DNA of 64,000 nucleotides, taken from NCBI GenBank assembly GCA_964619725.1, contig CAZUFC010000008.1, positions 61,941 through 125,940 on the forward strand. The letters are read 5' to 3'. The DNA is from an uncultured bacterium. GTDB lineage: Bacteria > CSSED10-310 > CAZUFC01. This document shows positions 59,889 to 64,000 of the stretch, one piece after another (within the stretch, counting starts at the first letter, position 1; the number at the start of each line of letters is the position of its first letter). Below the pieces are notes generated by a model. It did not search any database and was not told where the DNA came from. It saw only the letters and a program-made list of their open reading frames with translations. A program made the translations under genes and the position numbers.

Positions 59889-62800
59889 TTACGGCGCCTG
59901 GAAACATATGAATTCATTCGGCGTGTTGCTGTCGTCCAGAATCTGAGCATTGTAACTGATGGGGACTGCCGGCGCTGAAGAACCTCCTTCACCCTGCAAA
60001 CCGAAAGTGGCTGAATTTCCCCGGGACCGTTCCGAATCGCTCAGCGCTATGTATTCGATGGAGATCAGTCCTGATCCTTCAAAAATTGATATAAGTACTT
60101 GAATGTCTTCTGACGTTTCCCAGTAGGGAAAACCATCATAGTAAGCCTGGAAAACTCTATTCGGGGAGATGGCCACAGTTCTGTAATCAAACGATTCACA
60201 ATACAGGTCATCCCAGAAAAAGCAGAGGGCGGCCGCTGTCGAGCCGAAAGAAGAACTGGGTAAACTCGCGTTCGTATGGGCTGAAGTAGAACAAGTTCCA
60301 AAAGCCAGAAATCCATTGGAACTGAAATAACATTGAGTATAATCATTTCCGAAAAGAGATAATGTGAATCCCAGGTTGACGGGGCTGCCGAGAAAATCAT
60401 CCACATCTACTAATTTATTGGTCCAGGCAGGAGATGAGTCTGTATTGTAATTGCAATTCGTCGCAACGCTCGGAAATTTGCCGCTTCTGACGCTTAAATC
60501 GCCTTCGACGATGACGTCGCTGTTTGATTTGATAGTACCGTTAACCTCCAGCTTCACCGACGGTGATGATGTTCCTATACCGACATTTCCGTTTTGGATC
60601 AGGTAAATGTCGGAATTGCCCTCACGCCCGATTCTCAGATCATCCTGATAGGCATCGATATAGTAAAATTCGTAAGTTCCGTCAAAATCGGCCGCAAGCC
60701 ATAGATCAATTTCGCCGCCTTCCGCATTTCCCGTTCCGCCGCCGAACAAACCTATTGTACCATAGGTCCCGTCGGCATTTCCGAAGTAAGAATTTGAGCC
60801 TAACACTTGAAAAGAGCCGAGGGGATTAGCCGTGCCGACTCCCAGCTTGTTGTATATTCTGATATCGCCGTCCTGGTAAATCGATAATGCTGGAATTGCA
60901 TCTTCCACATAGAAATTTAGTGTGTTCGAAGCATTACTGTTGAACTGAATTTTTGCGTACTCGGTTATCGGACTGTCGGCATCGGTAAACAGTATACCTG
61001 CTTCATTCTCTGAAGAGTTAGATATTTCGATGTTCGGGGCGCTGCCGTAAATTTCAAGTTCATTGTCGACGGTCGTAGTGCCTATTCCGATATTTCCGTT
61101 GACCGCAAGTTTCGCGTTTCCTGCATTGGAATAACCTATTCCGGCGGAACCGTCTACGGCTAATTTTGCTGTACCTGGCGTGCTGTATCCAATCGCTGTA
61201 TTTCCTGATGAACTATCAATAACCAATGTGGGCGAAAAGTATGTAACTATTTTGAAACTGTTGTCCGCGTCAGGTCCAAGAGACCAGAGAGAATCGCCTG
61301 TGGCCAATCTTAAATAAGCTCCTGCATCTGTAGCAGATGTCTGGATGCCGGCAGAAACGTTTCCTGATGGAGCGTAAATATGGAGATTTTCCGTCGGTGC
61401 AGTCGTACCGATGCCGAAGCGTCCGGTATCCCCCACCAGTCTCATTCTTTCGGGTTGTCCGTTTCCCCCATAGAAAATAATGTCGCCGTTATAACTGGAG
61501 GTATTGTACAGATTATCACCGGCATAAATTTTTACGTCGCCTTCCATGCGGGAGCCTGCGGTGTAGGGATTTCCTGCCTTGAGTATCAGATTGCCCCCAT
61601 ACCTTCCATATCCTGTTGCTGCAGTGCTGCCGGCTTTAATTGTTAAGTCGTTTCCGTCCAGGTCAGAAGTCATGTCCTCAACGCTGATGCTTCTGGAAGC
61701 GTTATAAACAGCAGGAAATTTAATATTTCCGTCTATCTCCAATTTTTCATCCGGATTGCTCATACCGATACCGATTCGATTAAGGTCACCGTCAATATAA
61801 AGGGTGTTACTGTCAAAATTAACGTCGTACGAACCTTGCGTGAAGTTCAGATGCGCATCCAGCGTGATCGTATCCTTCAGTTGAGCGCCGTCGATTCCAT
61901 CATCTGTAACCTGGACGTTACCCGATTTACCGGAATTAACAGTAATGGCGGTTCCGCCTACGACGGTCAGCGGCGAGCCACCGCCGCCAGTCAGACCATC
62001 GCCGGCAACAGCGGCGCTGAGTTGAACGGTTCCCACTCCTCCGTCAGCAATCCCCACGGCATTCTCCGTCACTTCAAGACCTGTGCCCTGACCGACGTCC
62101 AGAGCCGACCCGCCGCCTCCGCTGAGACCGGCTCCGGCAACAGCGGCGCTGAGTTGAACGGTTCCCACTCCTTCATCAGCTATTCCCACGGCAGTTGCGG
62201 TGACTTCAAGACCTGTGCCCTGACCGACGTCCAAAGCGGAGCCGCCTCCGCCTGTAAGGCCGTTGCCCGCTACCGCAGCGCTGAGTTCTACCGTTCCCAC
62301 TCCACCGGCGGCAATACCGACCGCATTCTCCGTCACTTCAAGACCTGTTCCCTCTCCGACGGCCAGTGCAGAGCCGCCTCCGCCGGTGAGACCGTCGCCG
62401 GCTGCAGAGGTCGCTATCCGAATGTTATCCGATCCGTCGTCTTCCAATCCTAGGCCCGTGAAATCACCGGGTTCTACGGCTATTTTCTCCGTATCGATCT
62501 TCAGACCGCCGCTAATAAGCAGGTCTGCCGATATCTCTTCGTCCGTTATATCGATTCCGTCGCCGGCCGTATAGTTTCCGCCGGCATCCTTCCATCCGGT
62601 TCCATCATACCATTTAAGAGTATTGCCGTCCGAGGAATCGACGACTATATCGCCAGTCGCCGCCGATGCCGGTTTTACCGATGCCGCTAACCGCATGCCG
62701 TCAGAACCGGCTATGTGCAGCGTTCGGGCCGGCGAACCCGTTCTGATTCCCGCTCGATTCACGCTGCCGTCTATAACCAGGGTATCAGAGTCAAAATTGA

Positions 62801-64000
62801 TGTCGTAACTTCCCTGCGTTACGGCCATAGATGCATCCAGGATAATCGCATCAGCCAGTTGTTCGCCTCCGATGCTGTCATCCGTTACCTGAACATCGTT
62901 TTCATTAACTGTTATCGCTGTTCCCGCTCCTACCTCCAGAGGCGCGCCGCTTCCGCCGCTCAAACCGTCGCCGGCCGCAGACGTTGATATCCTGATATTA
63001 TCCGAGCCGTCGTCTTCCAGGCCGGTTCCTATGAAATCGGCAGGTTCTACGGCTAATTTTTGCGTATCAATTTTTAATCCGCCGCTGGTTAGAATGTCTG
63101 CCGATATATCCTCATCGGTTATATCGATCCCGTCGCCGCCCGTGTAATCCCCGCCGGCGCTTTTCCATTCCGTTCCGTCATACCATGTCAGAGTGTTTCC
63201 CTCAGAAGAATCGACGACTATATCGCCTGTCGCTGCGGATGCCGGTTTTGCCGATGCATCCAAATGCATCCCCTCGGAACCGGCTATGTGCAGCGTTCGC
63301 TGGGGATCGTCGGTTCCGACACCGATATATCCAGTGGCTTCATCAATGTGCAACACATTTACCGTCGTGTTATCTATATCTATATCTCCGTATTCTTCGC
63401 TTAACTCAATCGTATTGCCCCCTTCATAACCAGCCTGCAGTGCAGAGGGACCTTCCGGTCCGGTATCGCCCTGAGGACCTGTCGGACCGGCGGCTCCTGT
63501 CGGACCCATGGGACCTGTGTCTCCCGTATCCCCTTTGGGGCCTGTCGGACCTATGGGACCTGTCGCTCCGGTCAATCCGGTCGGACCGCTGGGACCTGTT
63601 GGACCAACAGCGCCTTCCGGACCTGTCGGACCGCTTGGACCCGTCGATCCGTCCGGACCACTCGGACCACTCGGACCTGTAGGACCAGTCGGACCTGTGC
63701 CTCCCTGGGAACCCGTCGGACCCGAAGGACCTTCGGGGCCGGTGTCGCCTTGCGGACCCGTCGGACCCTTTGATCCCGTATCGCCTGCAGGACCCTCTGG
63801 ACCAGCATCTCCCTGGGGCCCTGTCGGACCTATCGGCCCCGTATCGCCCTGTGAACCTGCGGCCCCTGCTGCACCCGTGTCACCCTGGGGCCCTGTCGGA
63901 CCTATCGGCCCCGTATCGCCCTGTGAACCTGCGGCTCCTGTTGCGCCCGTGTCGCCCTGGGGTCCTGTCGGACCTATCGGCCCCGTATCGCCCTGTGAAC
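59889..64000 (-). CDS. 5'-truncated collagen-like / tail-fibre-like giant fibre protein with NIDO-like C-terminal domain
   Basis: Frame open to the window end; about 60 uninterrupted G-X-Y triplets visible; GDGL.GG.GS.L.V repeats (44-aa period); ~191-aa internal duplication; G.(V/I)GIGT repeats; C-terminal [12 protein letters not shown]...SSNGFLAF...CFFWDDL. Confidence 0.88.
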   Translation of the reverse strand, partial: SQGDTGPIGPTGPQGDTGATGAAGSQGDTGPIGPTGPQGDTGAAGAAGSQGDTGPIGPTGPQGDAGPEGPAGDTGSKGPTGPQGDTGPEGPSGPTGSQGGTGPTGPTGPSGPSGPDGSTGPSGPTGPEGAVGPTGPSGPTGLTGATGPIGPTGPKGDTGDTGPMGPTGAAGPTGPQGDTGPEGPSALQAGYEGGNTIELSEEYGDIDIDNTTVNVLHIDEATGYIGVGTDDPQRTLHIAGSEGMHLDASAKPASAATGDIVVDSSEGNTLTWYDGTEWKSAGGDYTGGDGIDITDEDISADILTSGGLKIDTQKLAVEPADFIGTGLEDDGSDNIRISTSAAGDGLSGGSGAPLEVGAGTAITVNENDVQVTDDSIGGEQLADAIILDASMAVTQGSYDINFDSDTLVIDGSVNRAGIRTGSPARTLHIAGSDGMRLAASVKPASAATGDIVVDSSDGNTLKWYDGTGWKDAGGNYTAGDGIDITDEEISADLLISGGLKIDTEKIAVEPGDFTGLGLEDDGSDNIRIATSAAGDGLTGGGGSALAVGEGTGLEVTENAVGIAAGGVGTVELSAAVAGNGLTGGGGSALDVGQGTGLEVTATAVGIADEGVGTVQLSAAVAGAGLSGGGGSALDVGQGTGLEVTENAVGIADGGVGTVQLSAAVAGDGLTGGGGSPLTVVGGTAITVNSGKSGNVQVTDDGIDGAQLKDTITLDAHLNFTQGSYDVNFDSNTLYIDGDLNRIGIGMSNPDEKLEIDGNIKFPAVYNASRSISVEDMTSDLDGNDLTIKAGSTAATGYGRYGGNLILKAGNPYTAGSRMEGDVKIYAGDNLYNTSSYNGDIIFYGGNGQPERMRLVGDTGRFGIGTTAPTENLHIYAPSGNVSAGIQTSATDAGAYLRLATGDSLWSLGPDADNSFKIVTYFSPTLVIDSSSGNTAIGYSTPGTAKLAVDGSAGIGYSNAGNAKLAVNGNIGIGTTTVDNELEIYGSAPNIEISNSSENEAGILFTDADSPITEYAKIQFNSNASNTLNFYVEDAIPALSIYQDGDIRIYNKLGVGTANPLGSFQVLGSNSYFGNADGTYGTIGLFGGGTGNAEGGEIDLWLAADFDGTYEFYYIDAYQDDLRIGREGNSDIYLIQNGNVGIGTSSPSVKLEVNGTIKSNSDVIVEGDLSVRSGKFPSVATNCNYNTDSSPAWTNKLVDVDDFLGSPVNLGFTLSLFGNDYTQCYFSSNGFLAFGTCSTSAHTNASLPSSSFGSTAAALCFFWDDLYCESFDYRTVAISPNRVFQAYYDGFPYWETSEDIQVLISIFEGSGLISIEYIALSDSERSRGNSATFGLQGEGGSSAPAVPISYNAQILDDSNTPNEFICFQAP
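63811..64000. repeat. 72-bp coding tandem repeat within the collagen region (at least 2.6 copies)
   Basis: Units start at 63811, 63883 and 63955 (CCCTGGGG.CCTGTCGGACCTATCGGCCCCGTATCGCCCTGTGAAC...). Confidence 0.9.

Noticed and set aside
63572-63808. Arg/Val/Gln-rich 78-aa ORF
   Set aside because: Alternative frame of the collagen G-X-Y coding region
55241-64000. Prophage tail module
   Set aside because: The complete genes have signal peptides and one has a host-type sorting tail; no capsid, terminase, baseplate or integrase genes in the window

Overview
Bacterial chromosomal window (no rRNA, tRNA, CRISPR array, transposase or phage module seen) dominated by an unusual cell-surface protein repertoire. 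It opens with a beta-helix protein carrying a dockerin-like and a cohesin-like module, followed by a five-cohesin, Cys-rich, membrane-anchored scaffoldin-like protein. No glycoside hydrolase is recognisable, so this looks like a non-cellulolytic cellulosome-type assembly. Four large secreted proteins end in a Pro/Thr linker plus an IPTL-CTERM-like sorting tail. One is a 6390-aa giant with nine 8-bladed beta-propeller-like domains, each conserving three Cys and usually one His at equivalent blade positions. Three GT-C-fold membrane glycosyltransferases (ArnT/PMT-like, O-antigen-ligase-like+TPR, DUF2723/TMEM260-like+TPR) suggest protein O-glycosylation of the linkers. Also present: a HEAT-repeat-PilT fusion with a second PilT, a collagen/tail-fibre-like operon with a parvulin-like foldase, a fadN-fadA-fadE beta-oxidation operon, a stand-alone Clp N-domain, an orphan AbrB-type antitoxin and a DUF318 permease with an apparent ATC start. 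Non-coding signals include several structured intergenic elements, a dispersed 22-bp repeat and a 5'-to-3' synonymous codon skew. Both window ends cut genes. All domain calls come from motif recognition by eye, not database searches.
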